Positions 9,406-19,175 of a DNA stretch of 64,000 nt are shown one piece after another. This DNA is from Candidatus Latescibacterota bacterium (GTDB lineage: Bacteria > Latescibacterota > UBA2968 > UBA8231). The stretch's first letter is position 1, and each line of letters begins with the position of its first letter. The position numbers were made by a program, and so were the translations under genes. The DNA lies in NCBI GenBank assembly GCA_965205655.1, contig CBDBIJ010000015.1:12971-76970 (forward strand), read 5' to 3'. Below the pieces are notes generated by a model. That model worked only from the letters and a program-made list of their open reading frames with translations, was not told where the DNA came from and did no database searches.

Positions 9406-10193
9406 CCCTCACGCCCTCGATATCACAGCCTCCTCGTGCCGCCGTCGAGCGCGCCGGTCTCCTGTCTGGTGTGAGAACCGTCGCCGCACGGGAGTTTGGC
9501 GCCTACTTCGACTCCCCCATCGCCTACATCTACGTCACCGTTTTTCTCCTCCTGTCGTGCGCCATCTTCATGAACTCTTTCTTTCTCGAGTCGGTCGTGG
9601 ATATGACCCCCTACTTCGAGGTCCTGCCCTACCTGCTCATCCCATTCATCCCGGCTATCACCATGCGCAGCTGGTCCGAGGAGCACGCCCAGGGGACCTT
9701 CGAACTCATCATGACGCTGCCACTTCTCTCGATCCAGATCGTCATGGGGAAGTACGTCGCCGCTGTCCTGTTCTACTCGCTCACTCTGCTCGGCAGCGCC
9801 CCCATCGTCGTTATGCTGGTTTGGCTCGGCGAGCCGGACCTGGGGCTCATCACCTCGAGCTACCTCGGCTCTATCTGCCTGGGGGCTCTCTTCCTCGCCT
9901 TCGGGCTGTTCGTTTCGGGCCTGACGCGAAACCAGATCGTCGCCTTCGTGCTGGCTACTTCACTGGGGTCCGTCTTCGTCATGAGCGGACATCCGGCGGT
10001 CGTGGAGATCGTCGACGGTCTGTCGCCGTCGTGGCAGCTGGGGACATGGATATCGGAATCCCTTTCGGCGCTACCCCACTACGAGGCCTTCACCCGAGGC
10101 GTTATCGGGTTTCAGCACCTGCTCTATTTTGTCATGATGAGCGGATTCTTCCTCTGGATGAATGAGATCACGCTGCGCCGGAGCAAGTTTTGA
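9402..10193 (+). CDS. ABC-2 family permease (GldF-like).
   Basis: Six TM helices. Its start overlaps the stop of the upstream ATPase. Confidence 0.8.
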   Translation: MTLTPSISQPPRAAVERAGLLSGVRTVAAREFGAYFDSPIAYIYVTVFLLLSCAIFMNSFFLESVVDMTPYFEVLPYLLIPFIPAITMRSWSEEHAQGTFELIMTLPLLSIQIVMGKYVAAVLFYSLTLLGSAPIVVMLVWLGEPDLGLITSSYLGSICLGALFLAFGLFVSGLTRNQIVAFVLATSLGSVFVMSGHPAVVEIVDGLSPSWQLGTWISESLSALPHYEAFTRGVIGFQHLLYFVMMSGFFLWMNEITLRRSKF

Positions 10194-13100
10194 CGAACGG
10201 CGCCACGGACACGGCGCGGTGGCGCAGGTCTGGCTTTCTCGTTCAATCCCTCGTCGCCTTCTTCCTCCTCCTCGCCGTCGTCGTCTACACGAGCCGAGTG
10301 CTCGGTAGCGTCGGCCCGTTCAACATCGATATCGCCGGCCGTTCACCTGACACACTCTCGGCTGAGTTTCGCAATTTCCTCCAGCAATCGGACAGGCGTC
10401 TGTCGCTCACCTATTTTGTTTCTCATCGGCGCGAAATGCCGTCCCACTTTGTCGCTGTGGAGGCAAGCGTCCGCCAGACGCTGGAGGCCATTCGCCGAGC
10501 CGCCCCGAGCCGAGTGGCCTACCGCGTCATCGATCCGCATGTCAGCGGGCCCGCGGCCATCGCCTACGCCGCCCGCAAGAAGGTTTCACCGATCAGCGTC
10601 CGCCGCGTCGATCGGGACGAGCACGCCGAGAAAAGTATCTGGTCCTCTCTCGTCGTCGCCTACGAGGGGTACCCTGAATTCCTGCTGAAAGACATCGAGG
10701 CCCTCCACCTCCCCTTTCTCGCTCGAATGCTGTTGCAGCACCTCGTGGCGCTCGAGCAACCGCCTCACCCGGTGTTTGCCGTCTCGGCCCCGGCTGGCTT
10801 CGAGCAGTTTCCGCGACACCTGAGCCAGCACGGACCGGTGGTGGAGATCGATCTCGACCACTCTGCCGGGATACCGGGCGATGTCGACATCCTGTTCTGG
10901 TTCCAGCCCTCGGAGATGAGTCTCGGTCACATTCGGTCTCTGCGGCGATTCGTCGCCTCGGGACGGTCTGTCGTCCTCGCGGGCAGCGCCTACGGCGTGG
11001 ACTATCTGGCCGGACCTTCGGCCGCGACAAACTCCGCGTCGGCCGACACGGGTTTACACTACCGGATCCGACACCATTCCGATGCCTGGACTGAGCTGCT
11101 CCAACCGTTCGGGCTGCGACCGCTACCGGACCTGCTGATGGACCGCAATACCGGCCCGGTGATGGCCGTCCTCGACGATGGCTCGCCAAGACAGGTGGAG
11201 GCTCCCTTTCACCTGCGCAATCTGCCGGCTTTCCGGGATTTCAGAAAATTCCGCACTCCTGCGAGGGGAGGACTGAGCTTCGTCGCGACCAGCGCGCTTC
11301 AGATCGATCCCCCACGGGTCGCCGCATCGGGCTTCTCGGCGCACATCGTCGGCACGACGACGGAGCGGGCCTGGGTCGAAACGCTACCTTCGACGCCGTT
11401 TGCGGATGCCGACCTCGACGTCGCGCTCACCGTGCCCAAGCAGAACCTGATGGTCCTGCTGACCCCGAACGATCCATGGGCCGGCGAGATTCTCGTGCTC
11501 GCCTCGGCCAGCCCCTTTGGGGACGGCGCCATGTCCCAGCCCGGTTACGGACACGCCCTTTTCGTCACCGACATCGTTCGCAGCTTCGCCGACTCCGATC
11601 GCCTCATTCGCACGAGAGTCGATCGCGGCGAGCCTCGTACGCTGCCGCCGGTCTCGCCTTTGAGTCGGATCCTCTGGCGTGTCTTCGTCGTCTGCCTCGT
11701 TCCAACGCTCGCGCTGGCAGCCGGAGCGTGGCGACTCTACGGCCACCTGCACGACCGCCGGATGAAGGTGGGCAGACGCGGATGGGGCATGGGCAGAATC
11801 TCGCTCGGCTCAGTTGCTCTCGTCTTCATCCTCGGCACCGGTCTGCTGGGCTTCACCTCCACCGTCGAGCTCGACCTGACCCGTGGACGCAACAACAGTC
11901 TGGCGGACGTCACCGCCCGGCTCCTGCAGCATCACCGGGATGGGCTGCGGGTCGATCTCGTCATGTCGGCGCGAGCGGCGATGCCATCGCGTCTCAAGAA
12001 CGTCGAGAAGCGACTGCGATCAGCTCTGAGACGGGCGGAGATTCCAGTGGAGATGGTCCGCCCGGAGCTGCTGTCACCGGATCAGCTCCGGCAGTTGCGC
12101 CTTCAGGGGATCGCCCCCTTCGAAGTAGAGGGTGTGCGCCGGGACACACTTACCACGTTTGAAGTCTGGAGCGGCCTCACCCTGACAAAGGCGGGAGCCG
12201 CGACCGCCATCCCCAGACTCGACGAGAACACGATGTCGCATCTCGACTTTCTGCTCGCCGCCGCGCTCAGGCGGCTGGATGAAGGTCGAGCTCCACACCT
12301 GTCTGTTGTGTCCGACCTGCCGCGGCTCTCGCCAGCCGAAGCCCTGGAGGATTATCAGAAGAAGAGCCTCAGCGCACCGCAGGGTGTGGATGTGTACAGC
12401 AGCGTAAAGCTCTTGCTGAGCCACTACGGCTACCGGATCCATCACGTCGATCCGCGCACCCCTGCTCTCAGCCCCAACTCCGACGCCGTGCTGTGGCTGC
12501 AACCGCGGCGGGATTCCAGCGACATCACCGTCATGCTCTCCGACTACCTTGCCGGGGGCGGCCACGCTGTGGTGGCGCTGCAGCATTTCAATATCCAGCA
12601 GCGCCAGTACCGAGGTGTGGGCTTTCAGACGGTGTACTGGCCCCAGCCCCAGTTCCAGGACTTCGATCCCTACCTGCGCCTCATCGGCCTCGAACAGGTG
12701 CGCGAAGTGCTCCTTGACCGCACCCGCCATCACCTGCAGATCGATACCCAGGTGAACCGCACAGCCGTGCGCGAGTACGATCCGCAGGAGGTGGCCCTGC
12801 CGTTTCTGATTCGAGCCGTGGGGGCCCACTACTCGTCCGACTCACCCATCACCAACCATCTGGGTAACCTGCTGTTTGTCTGGGGAAATCGATTTGCCCT
12901 CGACGCCCCCGCGCTAATTGAGGGCGGGTTCTCCAGCGAGGTACTCGTGAGCACGTCCGATCGGTCCTGGTCGTTTCCCTGGAAGGGCGGCTGGTTGCCT
13001 GACGACGTCTTCGTCTCCACCGGCTACCTGCCGGGCCGTCAGCCCCTCGCCCTCAAGCTCACCGGTCCCTTTCCTGCCGTCGAGTTTGTCGAGGACGAGG

Positions 13101-13450
13101 AGGGTCGCTCTCGACTGAAGGTCCGCAAGGGCCTTTCGAGTGAACGCGGTTCACTGACCCTCATCGGCTGCTCCGAGATGTTCAAGAACCACCACCTGCA
13201 CACGTCCGAATTTCAGCACGACCAGTTTCTGCTCAACGCCGTCGCCGACGCCGCCCTCGGCGCGGACATGGCCGCGCTTCAGGCCCGCAACCGCCAACCC
13301 CGCGGCTTCGCCTTTCTCGAGCCATCGAGCAAGCTGTGGTGGCGACTCTTCGTCCTCGGAACCGCACCCTTCGTCGTCTTGCTCTTCGGGATGCTTCGGT
13401 ACCGTCGATTCGGGATGCGGTGTCGCGCGCGCGCGACACCTTCGCAATGA
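10190..13450 (+). CDS. GldG-like ABC-transport auxiliary component (PF09822-like), tandemly duplicated and fused to 1086 aa.
   Basis: TM helices lie at the N-terminus, in the middle (two, around aa 490-545) and at the C-terminus. Each half has the size and topology of a single GldG protein. It sits between a GldF-like permease and a DUF4340 gene. Confidence 0.6.
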   Translation: MTNGATDTARWRRSGFLVQSLVAFFLLLAVVVYTSRVLGSVGPFNIDIAGRSPDTLSAEFRNFLQQSDRRLSLTYFVSHRREMPSHFVAVEASVRQTLEAIRRAAPSRVAYRVIDPHVSGPAAIAYAARKKVSPISVRRVDRDEHAEKSIWSSLVVAYEGYPEFLLKDIEALHLPFLARMLLQHLVALEQPPHPVFAVSAPAGFEQFPRHLSQHGPVVEIDLDHSAGIPGDVDILFWFQPSEMSLGHIRSLRRFVASGRSVVLAGSAYGVDYLAGPSAATNSASADTGLHYRIRHHSDAWTELLQPFGLRPLPDLLMDRNTGPVMAVLDDGSPRQVEAPFHLRNLPAFRDFRKFRTPARGGLSFVATSALQIDPPRVAASGFSAHIVGTTTERAWVETLPSTPFADADLDVALTVPKQNLMVLLTPNDPWAGEILVLASASPFGDGAMSQPGYGHALFVTDIVRSFADSDRLIRTRVDRGEPRTLPPVSPLSRILWRVFVVCLVPTLALAAGAWRLYGHLHDRRMKVGRRGWGMGRISLGSVALVFILGTGLLGFTSTVELDLTRGRNNSLADVTARLLQHHRDGLRVDLVMSARAAMPSRLKNVEKRLRSALRRAEIPVEMVRPELLSPDQLRQLRLQGIAPFEVEGVRRDTLTTFEVWSGLTLTKAGAATAIPRLDENTMSHLDFLLAAALRRLDEGRAPHLSVVSDLPRLSPAEALEDYQKKSLSAPQGVDVYSSVKLLLSHYGYRIHHVDPRTPALSPNSDAVLWLQPRRDSSDITVMLSDYLAGGGHAVVALQHFNIQQRQYRGVGFQTVYWPQPQFQDFDPYLRLIGLEQVREVLLDRTRHHLQIDTQVNRTAVREYDPQEVALPFLIRAVGAHYSSDSPITNHLGNLLFVWGNRFALDAPALIEGGFSSEVLVSTSDRSWSFPWKGGWLPDDVFVSTGYLPGRQPLALKLTGPFPAVEFVEDEEGRSRLKVRKGLSSERGSLTLIGCSEMFKNHHLHTSEFQHDQFLLNAVADAALGADMAALQARNRQPRGFAFLEPSSKLWWRLFVLGTAPFVVLLFGMLRYRRFGMRCRARATPSQ

Positions 13451-14508
13451 ATCGTCTCATCCTCGGCCTCGCCGCGGCGCTCGTCGCCCTGCTCCTTGCC
13501 GATCGCCTCGCCATTCGCCACCGGGACGCACGGCGCATCGAGACGAGCGAACTCCGGCCCCTCCTCAATTCTCGCCTCGAGATCGTCCCCGAGCGGGTGC
13601 GCCAGATCCGACTCCAGCTGGGGGACCGACCGCAGGCGTGGTCGTATGTAAAGCGGGGTCGCACCTGGCGCTACCCCGAATACTTCGATGCCTTCGTGCG
13701 CGAGGATCGCATCGATTTTCTCCTCCGCAGCCTGCTCGAAGGCGTCGGCACGTTCGTCAGCGCCGACGCCGATCGGGATCAATACGACTACGGGCTGGAG
13801 CCGCACCGCGCCCTGAGGGTCGGCCTCGATGACCGTTCGGGGGACGAATTGCTCGAGGTGTGGATTGGCCGCGGCGTCCCGGACGCGCGGGCGGGAGAGG
13901 TGTTCGTAAAGCGGGCTGTCGACGATTCTGTCTTTCACTGGCACGCCAATCCTCGCCAAGTCGTCGACGTCGGCAACCCACCGCTGCTCGACCGGCTCGT
14001 TCTGCCCCGCGCCCTGGGCCGGAAGCCCTTCGTGAAGCTGCTTTTCAGGAACGTCGAGAGCGGCTCTTTGTCCTCCCTTCGACGGGAGGAGTTGCCATTC
14101 GAGGTAACGGGCGGGTTACCCGTTCCCCGAGCGCCCGGCTCATCCTATGCGTGGCTGGCTACCATCGATGGCAGCGAAGACACCTGCATTGCGGAAAACG
14201 TCTACGCCTACATGAGTTTTCTGAAACGCCTGAAATACAAACGGCTGAATGATCCCGCGACGGGCAGCCGACGACTGCGAGGCGAAGGAGTCGATACTCG
14301 CACACTGGAGTTGACCGATGAGGATGGCGTTGTAGATATCCTCGAGGTTGGGGCCGGTGATGCCGATGGAGATGTCTTGCTCCTACACCACACCACCGGT
14401 CTGGTCTATACCGTTGCGAAAGAAAAGGCCTCCCTGCTCTTTCCGAACAGGGAGGCCCTGGTAGACAGTCTGGCCGATGCGTCACGCTATCGGGAGACGG
14501 AGCCGTAG
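13447..14508 (+). CDS. DUF4340-like protein.
   Basis: N-terminal signal/TM anchor MNRLILGLAAALVALLL. The ATG overlaps the upstream stop (ATGA). DUF4340 canonically follows GldG in these clusters. Confidence 0.6.
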   Translation: MNRLILGLAAALVALLLADRLAIRHRDARRIETSELRPLLNSRLEIVPERVRQIRLQLGDRPQAWSYVKRGRTWRYPEYFDAFVREDRIDFLLRSLLEGVGTFVSADADRDQYDYGLEPHRALRVGLDDRSGDELLEVWIGRGVPDARAGEVFVKRAVDDSVFHWHANPRQVVDVGNPPLLDRLVLPRALGRKPFVKLLFRNVESGSLSSLRREELPFEVTGGLPVPRAPGSSYAWLATIDGSEDTCIAENVYAYMSFLKRLKYKRLNDPATGSRRLRGEGVDTRTLELTDEDGVVDILEVGAGDADGDVLLLHHTTGLVYTVAKEKASLLFPNREALVDSLADASRYRETEP

Positions 14509-15519
14509 CTAGTCTTCATCGTCACCTACCTCGGACTCCCGGTTGCCCAGCCAGAAATTGGCCGACCGACGGAAACCGCGGCCTGCCTCCTCGTCGGGGA
14601 CCGCCAGGTCCAGATCATCTTCGTCATCGTGATCGTGGGAAGACTTGCTGACAATGTTCCCTTCGATGAAGTCCCTCCAGCGGTACTCGTCCAACTCGCG
14701 GCGCCCGAGGACGAGGGCGCCATAGTCGCCGAGCTCCTTTCTGTCGCGCCACCCGAGATCCGTGTCGTGGTCGCAGACGATGCACAGCGTGCACCTGCCC
14801 GGGCTTCGCATCTGGATGAGTCTCGCCATCAGTACGCAGCTGCCGGTACACTCGGTGGAGACGAATGCCATCTGCGCGCGGTCGCGTGTCCGGCGTTCGT
14901 TCGTCACCTGAGTCACTTCGCCCGTCGTCGCGGCGAGGTAGTATTTTAGTTCGAGTCTGGGGAGGAAGGCATTCGCCGCATCGATCGCCGTCGTCGCCGT
15001 CACCAGGTAGTCCAGGATGTGGGCGTTGTCGATCTGGCCCAGCTCGGCGGTGTGCGTCGCCTTCTCGCCGAAGATGATGAGCGGGCTCGAGCTTCGGTAG
15101 TGCAGCTCGTCCTGGCCCTCTAGGATCATGCTGATTTTCTGCGTCTTGACCCGGCTTCTCGAGCGTCGCTGCCAGACCTCGTCGATCTTGGTGCGCAACT
15201 GCGAGGCCTTGAACGGCTTCGCCACATAACCGTCAATCCCCGATCCGATGGCGGTGACGATGTCGGCGCGCTCCGATCGGGAAGAGATCATGATGATCCC
15301 GGCATCGTGGTGTCTTTCGTCCCGGCGGATTTCATTCACGAGATCGACGCCCGACGCGTCGGGCAGCATCCAGTCGATAAGGCAGAACTCGAAGCTCATC
15401 TCGCGCAGGACCGCTCGGGCCTCACCCCCCGACTGGACGAGAGTGACGATGTGCCCCGACCTCTCCAAGGCTCGCTGAATCGGATCTCCGACGGTATCCT
15501 CGACGAGCAGTATTTTCAT
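14509..15519 (-). CDS. Response regulator: an N-terminal receiver domain plus an uncharacterised C-terminal domain with an acidic tail.
   Basis: MKILLVEDT...CLIDWMLPDASG...YVAKPF is a receiver domain with the phospho-acceptor Asp. The C-terminal 200 aa have no recognisable output domain and the tail is poly-D/E. Confidence 0.75.
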   Translation of the reverse strand: MKILLVEDTVGDPIQRALERSGHIVTLVQSGGEARAVLREMSFEFCLIDWMLPDASGVDLVNEIRRDERHHDAGIIMISSRSERADIVTAIGSGIDGYVAKPFKASQLRTKIDEVWQRRSRSRVKTQKISMILEGQDELHYRSSSPLIIFGEKATHTAELGQIDNAHILDYLVTATTAIDAANAFLPRLELKYYLAATTGEVTQVTNERRTRDRAQMAFVSTECTGSCVLMARLIQMRSPGRCTLCIVCDHDTDLGWRDRKELGDYGALVLGRRELDEYRWRDFIEGNIVSKSSHDHDDEDDLDLAVPDEEAGRGFRRSANFWLGNRESEVGDDED

Positions 15520-15533
15520 TGATGGGCAACGAC

Positions 15534-17414
15534 CTACTCGGTCGCGTACTCCGTCAGATCAGCCAGCAGCCGCTCGGTCTCGTCCCTCACCTTCTCCAGC
15601 AGCTCGGGCGCTGAGTCGACATCGCCAGCGCGCCCGGCCAGCTCCAGCTTCAGCGCCACCTCGTGGGCCGGGTTCTCGCCGATCACCCCGACGACATTCT
15701 TGAGGGCGTGGGCATGTGCCTGCAGCTCGTCCGCGTCTCTCGAGGTGGATGGCTCGCTCCACTTTCTCAAGCGTCCCCGGATAGCTCTCTCGCATGAAGC
15801 TGATGAGCTCGCTGAGCAGGGACAGATCACCCTCCACATGTTCGACGACCGCCTCTCTACTGAGACTCGGCTTCCCCTCCTCCCGAGTGTCAGATCCAGC
15901 GGCCGACTCGGCGATGTGTGGCAGGTGTCGGCCGACGATCTCGAGCAGCTCCTGCGGCTTGAAGGGCTTGGAAAGATAGTCGTCCATCCCCACCTACAGG
16001 CAAGATTCCTCGTCCCTCCTCATAGCCCTGGCCGTCAGGGCGACAACGGGAACGTGCTCGCCGGATTTGGCCTCTTCCTTCCTGATCAAAGCGGTGGCCT
16101 CGAATCCATCCATCACCGGCATCTGGATATCCATCAATACGAGGTCGAAGTGGGAGTTACGAAAGGCCTCGATTGCCTCTTTGCCGTTTTCCGCGACGAC
16201 CACTTTGTGCCCCCTCTGCTCGAGGATGGCCGTTGTGAGTCGCTGATTGCCAAGCATGTCCTCGGCCAGCAGGATTCGGGCCCCGGAGGGAGGGGCCTTT
16301 CCCTCCAGACCGGCATCGTGGCTGTCGCCGAGCCGGTCGTGAATTTCCTGCAGCACCTTGAAGTAGCGGTAGTCTGCCTTTGCTGGACTGATCAATCTCC
16401 CCAGGGCGACGAGCAGCTCGGACGGAAACACCGGTTTCATCAAGCAGGAATCGATTCCGAGCTCCGCCGAGCGCGCTTCCACACCCGGCCTGTCTGCCGT
16501 GATGAGCATAATGATGTTAAGGTGCTCCAGCTCCGATCGCGCTCTGATTCTGCGGGCGACTTCCAGCCCGTCTATCTGCGGCATGCGGAGATCGACGCAG
16601 ACGAACTCATAGTCGGCCGGCGCCGTCCTTCACGCAGGTTGCGTTCATACCGCCCGCGGCGAGGATGCCGTCGAGGATCGATCGATTCGTGTCGTTGTCA
16701 TCGACGACGAGGATGCGCTTCCCTGCCAGGTCCCCTGTCGGGGCCGGCTCTGCCGTGTAAGCTGGCTCTGTCGGGAGGCCCAGGCGGGCTGGTAAAACGA
16801 AACGTGCTCCCCCTCGCCAGCCCGCTCTCCAGGCTCAGCTATCCCCCCATCAACTCCACCAGCTGTCTTGAAATTGCCAGGCCCAAACCGGTGCCGCCGT
16901 ACTGGCGCGTCATCGACACATCGGCCTGGGAAAACGCGTCGAATATCAGAGCCCGTTTGTCCTCGGGGATTCCAATTCCCGTATCGTTGACAGCAACCTC
17001 GAGGGTCACCTCCGCCGAACTCTGGTCCTTGAGGGCGATGTCAACGAAGACCTCCCCCTCGTCCGTGAACTTGATGGCATTGCCCACGAGGTTCGTCACG
17101 ATCTCTCTGACCCTGGTGGGATCGCCCACGAGCTCGAAGGGCACCTCTGGGGCGATGCGGCAGGCGAGCTCCAGCCCCTTTTCGTGTGCGCTGAGGGCTG
17201 TGCCCTTCAACGCGCCGGAGAGGAGCTCGCGCGGTGCGAATGAGACGTGCTCCAGGAGCATCTCACCGGCCTCGATCTTTGAGAAATCGAGAACATTGTT
17301 TATCAGCTGCAGGAGCGCCTCGGCCGAATCTCCTACCGTCTCCAGGTAGGTCCGCTGAGTCGAGGTGAGGGCCCCGTCGAGCGTCAACTGCGTCATGCCC
17401 ATGATGGAGCTCAT
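15534..17414 (-). pseudogene. Degraded hybrid sensor histidine kinase (partial HisKA, HATPase_c, REC, REC, Hpt).
   Basis: The domains are readable only by changing frame. There are in-frame TAG codons at 16839-16841 and 15994-15996. Frameshifts lie in the linker (about 16760-16790) and in the Hpt domain (about 15730-15760). REC1 has a frameshift plus deletion (about 16606-16630). The H-box reads NEFRTP instead of HE(L/I)RTP, and there is no sensor region or start codon. Confidence 0.8.
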
Positions 17415-17676
17415 CGGGGTGCGGAATTCATTGAAGTACGCCTTTCCCAGGGGCGAGAAAGGTGAGATATACGTCTACCTCGGACAGACAGAGAAGGGCT
17501 ATGTGCTCAAGGTCAAGGACAACGGCATCGGCTTTCCCGAGGACATAGACTTCCGCGCCTCGAAGTCTCTGGGATTGCAGTTGATCAATACCCTCGTGAC
17601 CCAGCTTCAAGGCCGCATCGAAATGGACAACCACGAAGGGACCGAATTCACGATCGAGTTCCCGGGCAAACGGTAG
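17404..17676 (+). pseudogene. C-terminal remnant of a HisKA_2/HWE-type histidine kinase (HATPase_c only), head-to-head with the degraded kinase.
   Basis: N-box ELIGVRNSLKYAFP and G-box region DNGIGFPEDIDF...GLGLQL..., with a natural C-terminus. No HisKA domain lies upstream. The fragment begins where the minus-strand kinase is truncated. Confidence 0.6.
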
Positions 17677-17682
17677 TCCCGC

Positions 17683-19173
17683 TCAGGGCAGGTTCGTCTC
17701 CCCCATCAGATAGCGGTCGCACTCTCGCGCCGCGCCCCGTCCCTCGTTGATGGCCCACACCACCAGACTCTGCCCGCGACGCATGTCGCCGGCGGCGAAC
17801 ACGCCGCGCACGCTCGTGGCGTAGGATTCGTGTTCGGCCCTGGCGTTGGAACGCTCGTCCCTGGCGACGCCGAGCTGGTCGATCACCGCGTCTTCCGGGC
17901 CGAGGAATCCCATCGCCAGCAGGACGAGATCGGCCGGCCACACCTTCTCGGTGCCCTCGATGGGCTTTGGACCCGGCCGGCCGTTGTCACCCGATGTCCA
18001 CTCGCAGTTTAGCGTGTGCAGCTCCGCCACGTGGCCCTCGCCGTCGCCGACGAACTTCGTCGTCATGATGAGGTACTCTCGTGGGTCCCGCCCGAACCGC
18101 GCCTTCGCCTCCTCCTGACCGTAGTCGAGCAGATACACGTTCGGCCACTCCGGCCACGGGTTGTCGACGGCGCGCTCGTCCGGTGGACGCGGCATGATTT
18201 CGAACTGGGTCAGCGTCTTGCAGCCATGCCGCATCGATGTGCCGACGCAGTCCGTGCCCGTGTCACCGCCACCGATGACGATGATGTGTCTGTCCTTCGC
18301 CGAGATGTACTCGCCGTCTTCGCGATTCGAGTCGAGCAGGCTCTTCGTGTTGGCGTGCAAGAATTCCATGGCGTAGTGGATACCACCCAACTCTCGACCC
18401 TCGATCGGCAGATCACGAGGCTTCGTCGCCCCGCCGCAGAGCACGACGGCGTCGCTGTCATCGACGAGGCGTTGAGCGGGCAGGTCCGTGCCGATTTCCG
18501 TGCTCGTGACGAACTGCACCCCCTCGGCGGCCATCAGCTGCACTCGGCGCTCCACGATTTTCTTGTCCAGTTTCATGTTGGGAATCCCGTACATGAGGAG
18601 CCCGCCGACGCGATCTGCTCGCTCATAGACGGTGACCGCATGACCGGCGCGGTTCAGCTGAGCGGCGCAGGCCAGACCCGCCGGTCCGGACCCAACCACT
18701 GCCACCTTCTTCCCCGTGCGTTTCTCCGGCGGCTCAGCCACCACCCAACCTTCATCGAAACCGCGGTCGACGATGCTGCACTCGATGTTCTTGATCGTCA
18801 CTGGCGGCTCGTTGATCCCCAGTACGCAGGCCCCTTCGCAGGGCGCCGGACACACCCGCCCGGTGAACTCGGGAAAGTTGTTCGTCTTGTGCAGCCGATC
18901 GAGCGCTTCCTCCCACAGTCCTCTGTACACCAGGTCGTTCCACTCGGGGATCAGATTGTTGATCGGACAGCCAGAGCCCTTGTCGCTGCGACTCATGGTG
19001 GCGCCCGTGTGACAGAAGGGAACTCCGCAGTCCATGCACCGAGCCCCCTGCTCGGCGAGCTTCTCCAGGGGGTGCTGCAGATGAAACTCCTGCCAATCCC
19101 TAACTCGCCCCTCGGGAGGCCGGTCCGCCGGCAATTCCCGCTCGTACTCCATAAAGCCGGTAGGCTTGCCCAT
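17683..19173 (-). CDS. gltD: Glutamate synthase (NADPH) small subunit.
   Basis: N-terminal Fe-S Cys clusters (CMDCGVPFC) and a Rossmann fold ([14 protein letters not shown]). It lies immediately downstream of gltB. Confidence 0.95.
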   Translation of the reverse strand: MGKPTGFMEYERELPADRPPEGRVRDWQEFHLQHPLEKLAEQGARCMDCGVPFCHTGATMSRSDKGSGCPINNLIPEWNDLVYRGLWEEALDRLHKTNNFPEFTGRVCPAPCEGACVLGINEPPVTIKNIECSIVDRGFDEGWVVAEPPEKRTGKKVAVVGSGPAGLACAAQLNRAGHAVTVYERADRVGGLLMYGIPNMKLDKKIVERRVQLMAAEGVQFVTSTEIGTDLPAQRLVDDSDAVVLCGGATKPRDLPIEGRELGGIHYAMEFLHANTKSLLDSNREDGEYISAKDRHIIVIGGGDTGTDCVGTSMRHGCKTLTQFEIMPRPPDERAVDNPWPEWPNVYLLDYGQEEAKARFGRDPREYLIMTTKFVGDGEGHVAELHTLNCEWTSGDNGRPGPKPIEGTEKVWPADLVLLAMGFLGPEDAVIDQLGVARDERSNARAEHESYATSVRGVFAAGDMRRGQSLVVWAINEGRGAARECDRYLMGETNLP

Positions 19174-19175
19174 TT

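Noticed and set aside
15994-16841. The two in-frame TAG codons in the kinase read as programmed read-through or as pyrrolysine/selenocysteine-type recoding.
   Set aside because: They co-occur with several frameshifts and a deletion in the same gene. No recoding elements are evident, and a pseudogene is the simpler explanation.
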